A DNA stretch of 24,807 bases from Candidatus Muiribacteriota bacterium (GTDB lineage Bacteria > Muiribacteriota > Muiribacteriia > Muiribacteriales > Muiribacteriaceae), in assembly GCA_051747805.1 (NCBI GenBank), contig JBNJGP010000040.1:1-24807 (forward strand), given 5' to 3'. Position numbers and translations under genes: made by a program. Shown here one piece after another: positions 7,781 to 17,000 of the stretch (position 1 is the first letter of the stretch; each line of letters begins with the position of its first letter). The notes beneath the pieces are model-generated. The model had not been told where the DNA came from. It made no database searches and saw only the letters and a list, made by a program, of their open reading frames with translations.

Positions 7781-7869
7781 CTTTTGGTGGATGGATATTT
7801 TTAATACTTGCATGGGGTACAATAACTGGATTATCTGGTTTTTGTATTTATAAAGTATTAAAAAAATGA
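7777..7869 (+). CDS. 30-aa single-TM peptide, MetS-like NSS transporter small subunit (absent from the ORF track)
   Basis: MTFGGWIFLILAWGTITGLSGFCIYKVLKK*. ATGA overlap with the NSS stop, GGGAGG SD at 7764-7769, hydrophobic helix followed by a basic tail. Confidence 0.8.
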   Translation: MTFGGWIFLILAWGTITGLSGFCIYKVLKK

Positions 7870-7958
7870 AAATTTTATGAAACTGCAATGTTGCATACAT
7901 ATTCTATTTATGATTAAATTAATTTGAATATTAAATAACTTAAAGACCATGGCCATTA

Positions 7959-8771
7959 ATGATAGAAGTTAAAAACTTAGAAAAAGTTTATAAAGTTAAA
8001 TCATCACTTCAACCCGGATTTCCCCTATCTCTTTTTTACACTAAAACAGAGAATTTTCAGGCCTTAAAAAAAATAAATCTGAATATAAAAAAAGGAGCTT
8101 TTACAGGATATATTGGCATGAACGGGGCGGGTAAAACCACCACTATGAAAATACTTTCTGGCATTTTATATCCTGATGGGGGCTTAGTTAAAGTAAACGG
8201 CTTTACCCCTTTTAAAAGAGAAAAAGAATTTTTAAGGCAGATAGGATTTTTGATGGGCAGGAAAAATCAGCTTTGGTGGAATTTATCACCACTTGAAACA
8301 TTTCGACTGCATGCAAAAATTTATAATATTGCTGAAAAAGAATTTAAAAAAAGAGTTGATTATTTTATTTCAATCCTGAATCTGCAAAAACATATTAATC
8401 AGCCTGTGCGCAAACTATCACTTGGTCAAAGAATGAAATGCGAAATAATATCCTCTTTTATACATTATCCGCAAATTGTTTTACTTGATGAACCCTGTAT
8501 TGGGCTTGATTTAGTTTCAAAAAAAGAAATGTATAAATTTTTAAGGGATTATAACCGCGAATTCGGAGCAACTATAATATTGACCTCACATGATATGAAT
8601 GAAATAGAAAATTTATGCTCAGATATTATAATTATTGATAAAGGAAAAAAATTATTTGATGGAAAACTGGTAGAATTAAAAAGTGTTTATGGTGAAAACA
8701 ACAATAATAATACCAAACTTGAAGAAATTGTTTTTAATATTTATAAAAAGCAGTTAACCTTATGTACCTGA
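7959..8771 (+). CDS. ABC-2 type exporter ATP-binding protein
   Basis: Walker A GMNGAGKTT, QLWWNL, signature LSLGQRMK, Walker B VLLDEP, TSHDM. Confidence 0.93.
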   Translation: MIEVKNLEKVYKVKSSLQPGFPLSLFYTKTENFQALKKINLNIKKGAFTGYIGMNGAGKTTTMKILSGILYPDGGLVKVNGFTPFKREKEFLRQIGFLMGRKNQLWWNLSPLETFRLHAKIYNIAEKEFKKRVDYFISILNLQKHINQPVRKLSLGQRMKCEIISSFIHYPQIVLLDEPCIGLDLVSKKEMYKFLRDYNREFGATIILTSHDMNEIENLCSDIIIIDKGKKLFDGKLVELKSVYGENNNNNTKLEEIVFNIYKKQLTLCT

Positions 8772-9544
8772 CATTATTAAAAATTAAGTTAAAAAATATT
8801 ACCGCCTATAAATTTAATAATTTTTTCAATATTGCCTCTTATTTTTTTTCTTTTATTATATTTATGTTTTTATGGAACACAATATTCAAAGATACAGATA
8901 ATGTTGCAGGTTATTCTCACAGAATGATAATCACATATTATGCTTTTTCAATTATTCTTTCAAGAATTTATCTACCAGTTGAATTTGTAAATATTGGAAA
9001 CGATATAAGAACTGGAGAGCTTTCAAATTTTTTAATAAAACCAGTCAGCTATTGTATGTACTATATGACTTCCTTTATTTCATTTGTTTTATTTAATATA
9101 ATTTTTTTAATTATACTTTCACCTTTTTTAATAATATTTTTTGGTGATTATATAAATATATCAGTTCAAAACATCTATTTTCTTATCTTAATTTTATTTA
9201 TCAACGTTTTTTTAACTTTTTTTATTTCATATTTTTTCAGCCTTATATCTTTCTGGACCGAACAGACAGGAGGTATTTTTTCAGTTTTATTTTTCATATA
9301 CCCTTTTTTTGCAGGAACTTTTTTACCACTTGAATTGTTCCCTGAAAACATTCAAAATATATTTTATAAAACTCCCCTACCCTATCTTGTATATTATCCT
9401 TTAACAATAATCAACGGGAAAGCCAGCCAATCCTCAATCCTGACTGCATTACAGGTAATTCTTATATGGTTATTTATCTTCTGGACCGGTTCAATAATAT
9501 TATATAAAAAAGGAATTAAAAAATACTCAGGTTACGGCATATGA
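8762..9544 (+). CDS. ABC-2 family permease (ABC2_membrane_6/DUF990-like)
   Basis: About 6 TM segments, DIRTGELSNFLIKP, AGTFLPLELFP, C-terminal YSGYG. Overlaps the ATPase gene. Confidence 0.88.
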   Translation: MYLTLLKIKLKNITAYKFNNFFNIASYFFSFIIFMFLWNTIFKDTDNVAGYSHRMIITYYAFSIILSRIYLPVEFVNIGNDIRTGELSNFLIKPVSYCMYYMTSFISFVLFNIIFLIILSPFLIIFFGDYINISVQNIYFLILILFINVFLTFFISYFFSLISFWTEQTGGIFSVLFFIYPFFAGTFLPLELFPENIQNIFYKTPLPYLVYYPLTIINGKASQSSILTALQVILIWLFIFWTGSIILYKKGIKKYSGYGI

Positions 9545-10326
9545 ACTATATTAAAATCTATTTAAATATTTTGAAAATGAACTGGAAAAGGGAATTAAAC
9601 TTTAAAACAACTTTTTTATTAAAAATAATAACCCAGATAGCCTACTTTATTGTAAATGTTCTTCTTTATTCATTCCTGTTTATGAATATTAATACAATAG
9701 GTTCTTGGAGTGAAATAGACTGTATTATTCTTATTTGCGCAAACGGAATAGTAAACGGTCTTTATAATTCAATACTTGGAATAAATGTTTTAAAAATATC
9801 TGATTACGTAAATAACGGAACACTGGATAATATTCTTTCAAAACCTATTTCAACACCCTTTTTTCTTTCATTAAGATATATATCATTTTCTGGATTAATA
9901 TCAATACTGGCACCAGTTTACCTTCTAAGTTCAAAAATATCTGAAGGAAATTATCCCTCAAATTTTTATACATTTACAATGTTTATTTTATTAGTTTCAG
10001 CTGCTGTTTTAATTAAATATATTTTCTTTCTGACAATTTCATTTTTATCACTTATTCTTGTTGAAACATCAGCTGTTGAGGACTTTTTTTCCAAAATTAT
10101 GAACGCTTCAAAATATCCAGAAGTGATTTTTTCAGGAATATGGAAAAATTTATTTATTTTTGTACTGCCGGTAATAGTTATAGCCAATTTCCCGGCCTCA
10201 ATATTTATTCAACCTGAAAATATGTTCAAAAACTTAATTATAATGTTTTTTTTAATCTCTATTTTTTCAACAATAAGCATGCTTATCTGGAAATACAGCC
10301 TTAAACAATATACCGGGGTAAATTAA
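9541..10326 (+). CDS. ABC-2 family permease (second subunit)
   Basis: IGSWS, NGTLDNILSKP, KYPEVIF, FPA motifs and C-terminal YTG. ATGA coupling to the previous gene. Confidence 0.88.
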   Translation: MNYIKIYLNILKMNWKRELNFKTTFLLKIITQIAYFIVNVLLYSFLFMNINTIGSWSEIDCIILICANGIVNGLYNSILGINVLKISDYVNNGTLDNILSKPISTPFFLSLRYISFSGLISILAPVYLLSSKISEGNYPSNFYTFTMFILLVSAAVLIKYIFFLTISFLSLILVETSAVEDFFSKIMNASKYPEVIFSGIWKNLFIFVLPVIVIANFPASIFIQPENMFKNLIIMFFLISIFSTISMLIWKYSLKQYTGVN

Positions 10327-10327
10327 A

Positions 10328-10807
10328 TTATATTGAGCAGGAAGTTAACCCTTTTTTCTCCAAATATTTCTGATGATAATCTTCAGCCTTCCAGAAACTC
10401 TTTGCCGGAGTAATTTCAGTAGCAATATAATCATTATATTTATCAGAACTTTCAAGTTCTTCTTTTACCTCAACCGCAATCTGTTTCTGATTATCATCAT
10501 AATAAAAAATAGCACTGCGATATTGAGTTCCAACATCAGGCCCCTGCCGATTAACCTGTGTAGGATCGTGCATTTTAAAGAAATGAATGACAAGCTCCAC
10601 ATAAGAAATCTTGTCAGGATTAAACTCTAAATAAATCACTTCCGCATGCCCGGTTTTATCACTGCATACCTCTTCATAAGTAGGATTTTCTTTATTCCCG
10701 CCCATATATCCCGCAGCAGTTTTAATAACACCAGGAAGTTTAGAAAAATAACTTTCAACTCCCCAGAAACAGCCAGCACCAAAAGTTGCTTTTTTTATAT
10801 TACTCAT
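10328..10807 (-). CDS. msrA: Peptide-methionine (S)-S-oxide reductase MsrA
   Basis: GAGCFWG catalytic motif, NPTYEEVC, TGHAE, HDPT, RQGPDVGTQYRS, AEDYHQKY. AGGAG SD. Confidence 0.97.
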   Translation of the reverse strand: MSNIKKATFGAGCFWGVESYFSKLPGVIKTAAGYMGGNKENPTYEEVCSDKTGHAEVIYLEFNPDKISYVELVIHFFKMHDPTQVNRQGPDVGTQYRSAIFYYDDNQKQIAVEVKEELESSDKYNDYIATEITPAKSFWKAEDYHQKYLEKKGLTSCSI

Positions 10808-10824
10808 AAAAAACTCCTCAAAAT

Positions 10825-11520
10825 TTATTTTCTAGATGGTTTAGGTAAAAAACTTGACATTTCAGCAACCATACTCTGAATAGGCATAGTTTGAAGCCAA
10901 ACCTTTCCTGGTCCAGTTAAAGTAGTTAAAAACAGCCCTTCACCACCAAAAAATATATTAGAAAGACCCTTTACAAAATTTATACTCATATCAACACCTT
11001 GTTCATACATCGCAACCGCACTTGTTTCAACCTTAATTGATTCACCATGCGCTAAATCAATTTCAACAGCCTCACCATCAACTTCAAGGAAAGCCATACC
11101 GTTACCATGAATTTTTTGCATTATAAAACCCTCACCGCCAAAAAATCCAACAGAAAGTCGCTTTTTAATATGAATATCAAGTTCAACACCTTCGGTCATG
11201 CATAAAAACGCCCTTTTCTGACAAATTATAGGTTTTACAGAAACATCCCAGGGTATTATTTTTCCTGGGAAAGTATGTCCAAAAGCTAGTTTATCGCCAT
11301 CTTTTTCTCCGGTAAAATTAACAAGAAAAATTCCCTCACCCGAAACAACCCTTTTGAAAATTCCAGTCACTCCACCACTTGCCTTAGTTTCCATATTAAC
11401 AGAATTCGACATCCATTTCATTGCCCCAGCCTGGGATATAATCTTTTGCCCCTGATTCAATGTAAACTCAAGAAGCGGCATTGTTGTTCCTTGAATTTCA
11501 TAATTCAAACCATTACTCAT
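10825..11520 (-). CDS. AIM24/TIGR00266 family protein
   Basis: QAGAMKWM, SGEGIF, CQKRAFLC, FFGGEGF, FFGGEGLFLTTLTGPGKVWLQT. Start moved to 11520 because AGGGGGAG precedes that ATG. Confidence 0.9.
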   Translation of the reverse strand: MSNGLNYEIQGTTMPLLEFTLNQGQKIISQAGAMKWMSNSVNMETKASGGVTGIFKRVVSGEGIFLVNFTGEKDGDKLAFGHTFPGKIIPWDVSVKPIICQKRAFLCMTEGVELDIHIKKRLSVGFFGGEGFIMQKIHGNGMAFLEVDGEAVEIDLAHGESIKVETSAVAMYEQGVDMSINFVKGLSNIFFGGEGLFLTTLTGPGKVWLQTMPIQSMVAEMSSFLPKPSRK

Positions 11521-11551
11521 AACTCCCCCTGACATTCATGTAATTTCTTTA

Positions 11552-11580
11552 ATACTAACTAAAAATTCAAATATTTTCAA
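11552..11580 (-). promoter_or_regulatory. sigma70 promoter for the AIM24-msrA unit
   Basis: TTGAAA (11580-11575), 17 nt, TAGTAT (11557-11552). Confidence 0.5.
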
Positions 11581-11587
11581 TAAAATC

Positions 11588-11768
11588 TGGGGGTCAGGTC
11601 TCCGGATTTCGCATTCCATAAACCTTATATGAGGCTTTTATCATCAAAAAATAATTTTTTTAAAAATTTGATACTAAATATTAAAATCATTTTAATAAAA
11701 AATGGCTGAAAATAACTGTTAAAAAATCATTTAAATTTGATTTGCGAAATCCGGAGACCTGACCCCCA
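11588..11768. mobile_element. 181-bp non-autonomous element (MITE/REP-like) with perfect 26-bp inverted repeats
   Basis: TGGGGGTCAGGTCTCCGGATTTCGCA at 11588-11613 and its exact reverse complement at 11743-11768. The 129-bp AT-rich interior encodes no ORF of its own. No obvious target-site duplication. Confidence 0.75.
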
Positions 11769-12542
11769 TAAAAAAAGAATAATAAAATTAATATTGTTAA
11801 AAAAGGAGTTAGACCATGGAAAATTTAAAGAAAAAATGTGATCATGATGATGTTCACCGCAAACATCGCAAGCGTCATGCTCATCATCAACTTTTAAACT
11901 TTCCTTATCCGCTTTGTTTGAATCCTCAAAAAATCTATTTATAGCCACATCATAAAAATCATACTTATCTTCGTCCTCTAAAACATCTGCAATAAAACGA
12001 AGCATTCTTAAATAATTTAATGGATAATGAAATTCAAGTGGTCCCTCTCTAACCCCTTTTTCTGCAACAACTTTATCAAGCGCCTCAGTTAAATATAACT
12101 CTGCGGCGTAAAAATCCTCTTTATAAATAAGATGCACATAACCCATTTCGCCTAAGGCCCTATGTATTTCAGGATGGGAAGGGTTGTTGTCAATAAAACT
12201 ATTTAGAGTTTCAAGGGCTTTCTGATAATCTTTGTCATATTTGCAGTAAACCATTGATAAAAAAACAAAAGGATAAACATTTGTTTTATCCAGCTTTGTC
12301 ATCATCTGAAGCATACCTTTCTGTGCTTTTATATTATCAGAATATGTATGGTCTAAATGATGAAATTCATCTATTTTAATCCACAACCCGGAAGCATAAT
12401 GCTTTTTAATTCCATCTGCCATATATTCAAATAAGCTGAATTTTTCAGTTTCTGCTGGAACAAATTGATTTTGTTTAAGATTGTTTATAAAAATAAAAAG
12501 TAAAATAACTATAACAGTTAAAATAAAAAGTCTGCTTTCCAT
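11727..12542 (-). CDS. Membrane-anchored TPR-like protein with His/Cys-rich motif, ABC-operon accessory
   Basis: N-terminal TM helix, TPR-like helices (DYQKALETL...NNP; ALGEMGYVHL...AAELYLTEAL), DDEHDACDVCGEHHHDH. TAATG coupling to the permease. Confidence 0.7.
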   Translation of the reverse strand: MESRLFILTVIVILLFIFINNLKQNQFVPAETEKFSLFEYMADGIKKHYASGLWIKIDEFHHLDHTYSDNIKAQKGMLQMMTKLDKTNVYPFVFLSMVYCKYDKDYQKALETLNSFIDNNPSHPEIHRALGEMGYVHLIYKEDFYAAELYLTEALDKVVAEKGVREGPLEFHYPLNYLRMLRFIADVLEDEDKYDFYDVAINRFFEDSNKADKESLKVDDEHDACDVCGEHHHDHIFSLNFPWSNSFFNNINFIILFLWGSGLRISQIKFK

Positions 12543-13279
12543 TAAAGCTCCCTTTTGTTAAACAGCCAGCTGAAAATATTATAAACAATATATGAATAGG
12601 CTAAAGTATATAAAATCAAAAAGAAAACATAATCAAAGGGGACATTAATCCCAGAATAAAAGGCTCTTTCAACCTCCCCGTAATAGATTTCAGAGGGCAG
12701 TAGGGTGGTAAATATATTTTTAAACCCAGATGTAATATCATCTCCAAGCAAATATATCAACTGACTCAGCATAAACGAAAAAAAGCTTAAACTTACTGCG
12801 GATATAAAGTTAAGCACAAGATTAATTCCTGCAAATAAAATACAGAAAGAGCTAAACCTAAGCAGGTAAACAAAAAAAACAGTTAAAATTCCAGCAAAAG
12901 ACTCGCCATAATACAAAGTCTGGGCTGCCAGCAATATATAAACCATAAAAGCATTTAAAAATAGGGCAAGAAGAATACCAGAATATTTGCCGGCATAATA
13001 AATATGAGAACGAACACCACTACCAAGAAGCACATATATTTTTTTATCTTTTATATCTACTCCGATTTCTGAATAACACCACATAATAGCAATAACAGCA
13101 CTTAAAATATTAAAAAAAGAAATATTGCTCATTAAAAAAATCTGAGGCACAAAATATTCAGAAAGTGTATTAATATAAAAATATGAAAAAAAATTAAACA
13201 GAATAAAAAAAAGAAAAAGAACCCACCCTTTCTTTTTCATTATAGACAAAAAAGTGTAATAACTAATAGTTTTAATCAT
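12542..13279 (-). CDS. ABC-2 type permease
   Basis: About 6 TM segments, DIKDKKIYVLL...YYAGKYSG motif, C-terminal FNKREL. TAATG coupling to the ATPase. Confidence 0.85.
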   Translation of the reverse strand: MIKTISYYTFLSIMKKKGWVLFLFFILFNFFSYFYINTLSEYFVPQIFLMSNISFFNILSAVIAIMWCYSEIGVDIKDKKIYVLLGSGVRSHIYYAGKYSGILLALFLNAFMVYILLAAQTLYYGESFAGILTVFFVYLLRFSSFCILFAGINLVLNFISAVSLSFFSFMLSQLIYLLGDDITSGFKNIFTTLLPSEIYYGEVERAFYSGINVPFDYVFFLILYTLAYSYIVYNIFSWLFNKREL

Positions 13280-13965
13280 TATTCCATTTCCTTTTCAAAA
13301 AGATTTTTTAAGCTCTCAAAAGTTTTATAATCTTTTTTATTTGCCTTAACTTTAACTATTCCATTATTTAAAATTAAAAATCTGTCAGAAACATCAAAAA
13401 GAAAATCAAGATTGTGAGAGGTTAACAGTACTGTTTTATTTTTCATTTTAGTAATAATTTTTTTAAGTATTTTCTGACCCTTTATATCAAGCCCACTGTA
13501 CGGCTCATCTAAAAGAATAAGTTTTGCCTCCGATATTAAAGCCATTACAATACCAAGTTTCTGTCGCATTCCCTTAGAAAAATTCTTTATCCGTTTATTA
13601 GTATTTTCAAGCTGTATTAATTCCATATATTCATTAAAAAGCGATACGTTGAATTGATTATTCTCCAGCTTTACAACATACTCAACCATTTCTTTTGCAG
13701 AAAATTCATCATTAAAATAAGGAAGTTCAGGAACAAAAAATATAAAATTCTTTTTAATCCCAACACTTCCCTCATAAAGGATTTCACCTTTATCTGGCTT
13801 AGTTATACCAGAAATTATTTTAAGTGCTGTTGTCTTCCCCTGACCGTTTAATCCTGCGAGAGTAACTATTTCTTTTTCAGCAAGCTGAAAATTCAAATCA
13901 TTTAAAACATCGAAGTTTTCATACTTTTTAGAAACTGAGTTTAATTTTAAAATTATATTATTCAT
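13279..13965 (-). CDS. ABC transporter ATP-binding protein
   Basis: GLNGQGKTT, FSKGMRQK, ILLDEPYSGLD, TSH. Confidence 0.93.
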   Translation of the reverse strand: MNNIILKLNSVSKKYENFDVLNDLNFQLAEKEIVTLAGLNGQGKTTALKIISGITKPDKGEILYEGSVGIKKNFIFFVPELPYFNDEFSAKEMVEYVVKLENNQFNVSLFNEYMELIQLENTNKRIKNFSKGMRQKLGIVMALISEAKLILLDEPYSGLDIKGQKILKKIITKMKNKTVLLTSHNLDFLFDVSDRFLILNNGIVKVKANKKDYKTFESLKNLFEKEME

Positions 13966-13982
13966 ATTAAAATTATATTATT
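13947..13982. repeat. 16-bp direct repeat at the recB / ABC ATPase junction
   Basis: TTAAAATTATATTATT at 13947-13962 and 13967-13982. Confidence 0.7.
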
Positions 13983-14000
13983 GAAAGAATTTTTTATCAA
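13972..14000 (-). promoter_or_regulatory. sigma70 promoter overlapping the recB 3' end, predicted leaderless start of the ABC operon
   Basis: TTGATA (14000-13995), 17 nt, TATAAT (13977-13972), 6 nt, ATG (13965). No SD. Confidence 0.65.
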
Positions 14001-17000
14001 TTTTTTTAAAATATTTTCCATAAATATCATCTGGATTATTTGTAACTCCTCTTAAATAAATATAAAAAACTCCACCAAAATTAGAATTATAGTTATAATT
14101 TGGAAGTTTTTTTTCAAGATAATAATGAAGAGCCTGGGAATAAATATAAATCTGAACAAAATATTTATTTTTAATTATATCTTCTTTTAACCTCTGAGGG
14201 GAATAAAATTTTACAGAGTTGCCAAGATAATTACTTTTCCAGTCAACAATATAGTACTTATCTTTATATCTGAAAATCAAATCGGCAAACCCTGTTAAAA
14301 AACCCTCAAACTCTTTAAAATTAAGATTAACGTCTTTTAATAAATTTCGGGAAAAAATATTTTTAATTTTTTTAATTAGAATATCAGAATTTAATTTATC
14401 ACAGGCCATATAAAACTGTGGTTCGCTAAGCCTGTCCTTTAAAGGAATATTTTTAAGCTTGAATGAAGAATTATCAGAAAATAAATTCGTATTTAAGACA
14501 TTCTTTATAACATCGATAGAAGGATTATGCCATTTAGAATCAATCTGATATTCAAAAGATTTTTCGCTAACCTCTTCTTTAAGAACATTATCTTCAATAT
14601 TAAAAGGAATTTCTTCAAGAATTTGATGAAAAAAGTTACCCGTATTAGCCCCTTTGGGAATATTAAAAACATCCTGATTTATAACACTGTCAAATTCAAT
14701 AAAACTTTCTCTGTTAACCTCGTCTTCCCCATAAAAATCAAACAAAATATTTTCGCTGCTACTCTTTGTAAGAGAACTGTAAGAATGAATTTTAAATAAA
14801 TTATTTATTTTATATGAATCAATTTGAGGCATATTTAATTTGAAATTATATTTTTTTTCATATTTTTTCTGACCATCTATGGAAAAAGTTTCATCTATAG
14901 AAGTAATCCCGATAGTATTCTCAGATTTTTCTGCTATTTTTTTTAACTCATTTAATATATTTTTAGAATCCCCGAGAATATAACCCATTGGTGATTTATC
15001 AGATATTTTATAATCAGGTAAATAAAGAACGCATTTTTTTACTGCCCTGGTGAGTCCAACATAAAAAAGCCGCATTTCTTCTTCTTCCTCTTCTTTTTGC
15101 TGTTTATCGAATTCATCACCACTTATATTAATAACAATCTCATCATCTATATTGCTATCATGATATCTGGAAAAATCAGGTGAATTTTTTTTTGTCCTGG
15201 CAATAAAGGAAGGACAGAATACAACATCAAACTGCAACCCCTTACTTTTATGAAGCGTAAGGATTTTTACAGCCTTTTCATCACTTTCAAGCCTGAGTTC
15301 TTTTTGTGAGGAATCAGACTTTTTAATATCATCAAATATTTGTTCATGAATCCATTTTATGATACTTTCAAGACTATTATTATTAGAAAGGGTTCCTTCC
15401 TGAATAAGCTCTATTAAATGTCTGTAATTAGTTATTTTTCTTTCAGAATCCTCAAACTGTAGAAGATTGCTGTAAATTTCAAACTTGTTGTTCATAAGCT
15501 CAACAGCTGAGGCGAACCCTTTTTTAAAGAAATTATCGTTTATTTCTTTGAATTTTTGCTGAAAATCTGAAATAATATTCTCATTATCATCATCTAATAT
15601 ATGCTTAATCTGAGCTGGTGTTTTATTTAAATAACAAGTTGATAGTGCTAGTCCTAAATAGGATATATTTGAAGGCTCTAAAATAACTTTAAGTAAATAG
15701 AATAATTCTTTAGCCTCTTCAGTTCTAAAAATATCCGAAGTAGAAGAAACAACAGAAGGAATACCAAGTTCAGCGAGAGAATTTTTGACTCTTTCACATT
15801 CCTGATTAGTTTTTACTAAAACAGTAATATTATCGGGTTTAATAATTTCACTGTTGTTTAAAATATTTAAAATTGAATAAGAAACATGATTAAAAATAAT
15901 TTTTAAAAAATCTTCTTTATTAGGTTTTTTTTGCTGAGTCTTAACATGAACAATTTCAAGAGGTTTTCCCCTTCGATTGTATTCATAGTTATCACAGCCT
16001 GATGAAACTTTTTCATAATTTATGTTTGTATTTTTAAATAAATTGTCTTTATGAGAAAACAAAGTATTAAAAGCAGTTAAAAGTTTTGAACAGGAACGAT
16101 AATTACAGTTAAGGGTAAACTTATTATCAGCCAGTTTTTTGGCCTTTAAATATGAATAAATATCTGCTCCCCTAAACCTGTATATTGATTGTTTAGGATC
16201 ACCAATCATAAAAGAAATTTTATCTTTATTTTCAAAAAAAAGCTTTTTAAAAATTTCATACTGAACTGTATCAGTATCCTGGAATTCATCAATAAGAGCT
16301 GCTTTAAACTTTTTTCTTACAACATTAATTAATCTTCTATCATCAGAATTAACGGCTTTCCAGGTATCTTTAAGCAAATCCGAAAATGTAAAGAAACTAA
16401 TCTTTTTTCTTTCAATATCAATTTTCTGTCTGACAAAATCAATAATCCTTTTTTTTTGCAAAATAAAAAACTTCTGGATTAATTCCTTAAATTCTGAAAC
16501 TTTCTGTAAAAAATCTTCAAATACCTCAAAAAATTTATGATAAATTTGTTCTTCTTTAAAATTTTTTTTTAATGCTCCTCTTAGATAACTTAAAGAAAAA
16601 TATTTATATTTAGAAACTTCAAGGGCATTGAAAATATCACAATTTTTTATAAGTTCATCAAAACCATCTATATACTCAGTGATTTTTTTAGATTTAATTT
16701 TTGATTTACTCAACCCATCAAAATTTAAAATCTTAATTATATCTTCTTTATTTTTAAAATATAAATTTTTTAATGATTTAAACTCAGAAGCAATTTGTGT
16801 TGAACCTTTCTCAACATAGTTCCAGGAAATATCATCATAATCTGGAACCACAATTGATTTAGGATTGTTAATTACCTGAGAGGTTAACTGCATGATAGAA
16901 TCCTGTTTAAACAAATCACTGTTTTGAAGAAACTGAATAAACTCAAGTGACTCTGTCATGAAATTTTTCCGGAAATAATCAAGTACAAGATCATATAAAA

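Noticed and set aside
7777..9544. Possible TGA recoding (code 4/25) or selenocysteine in this low-GC genome
   Set aside because: TGA ends full-length genes, twice in ATGA coupling overlaps. Trp is encoded by TGG, and MsrA has an ordinary catalytic Cys.
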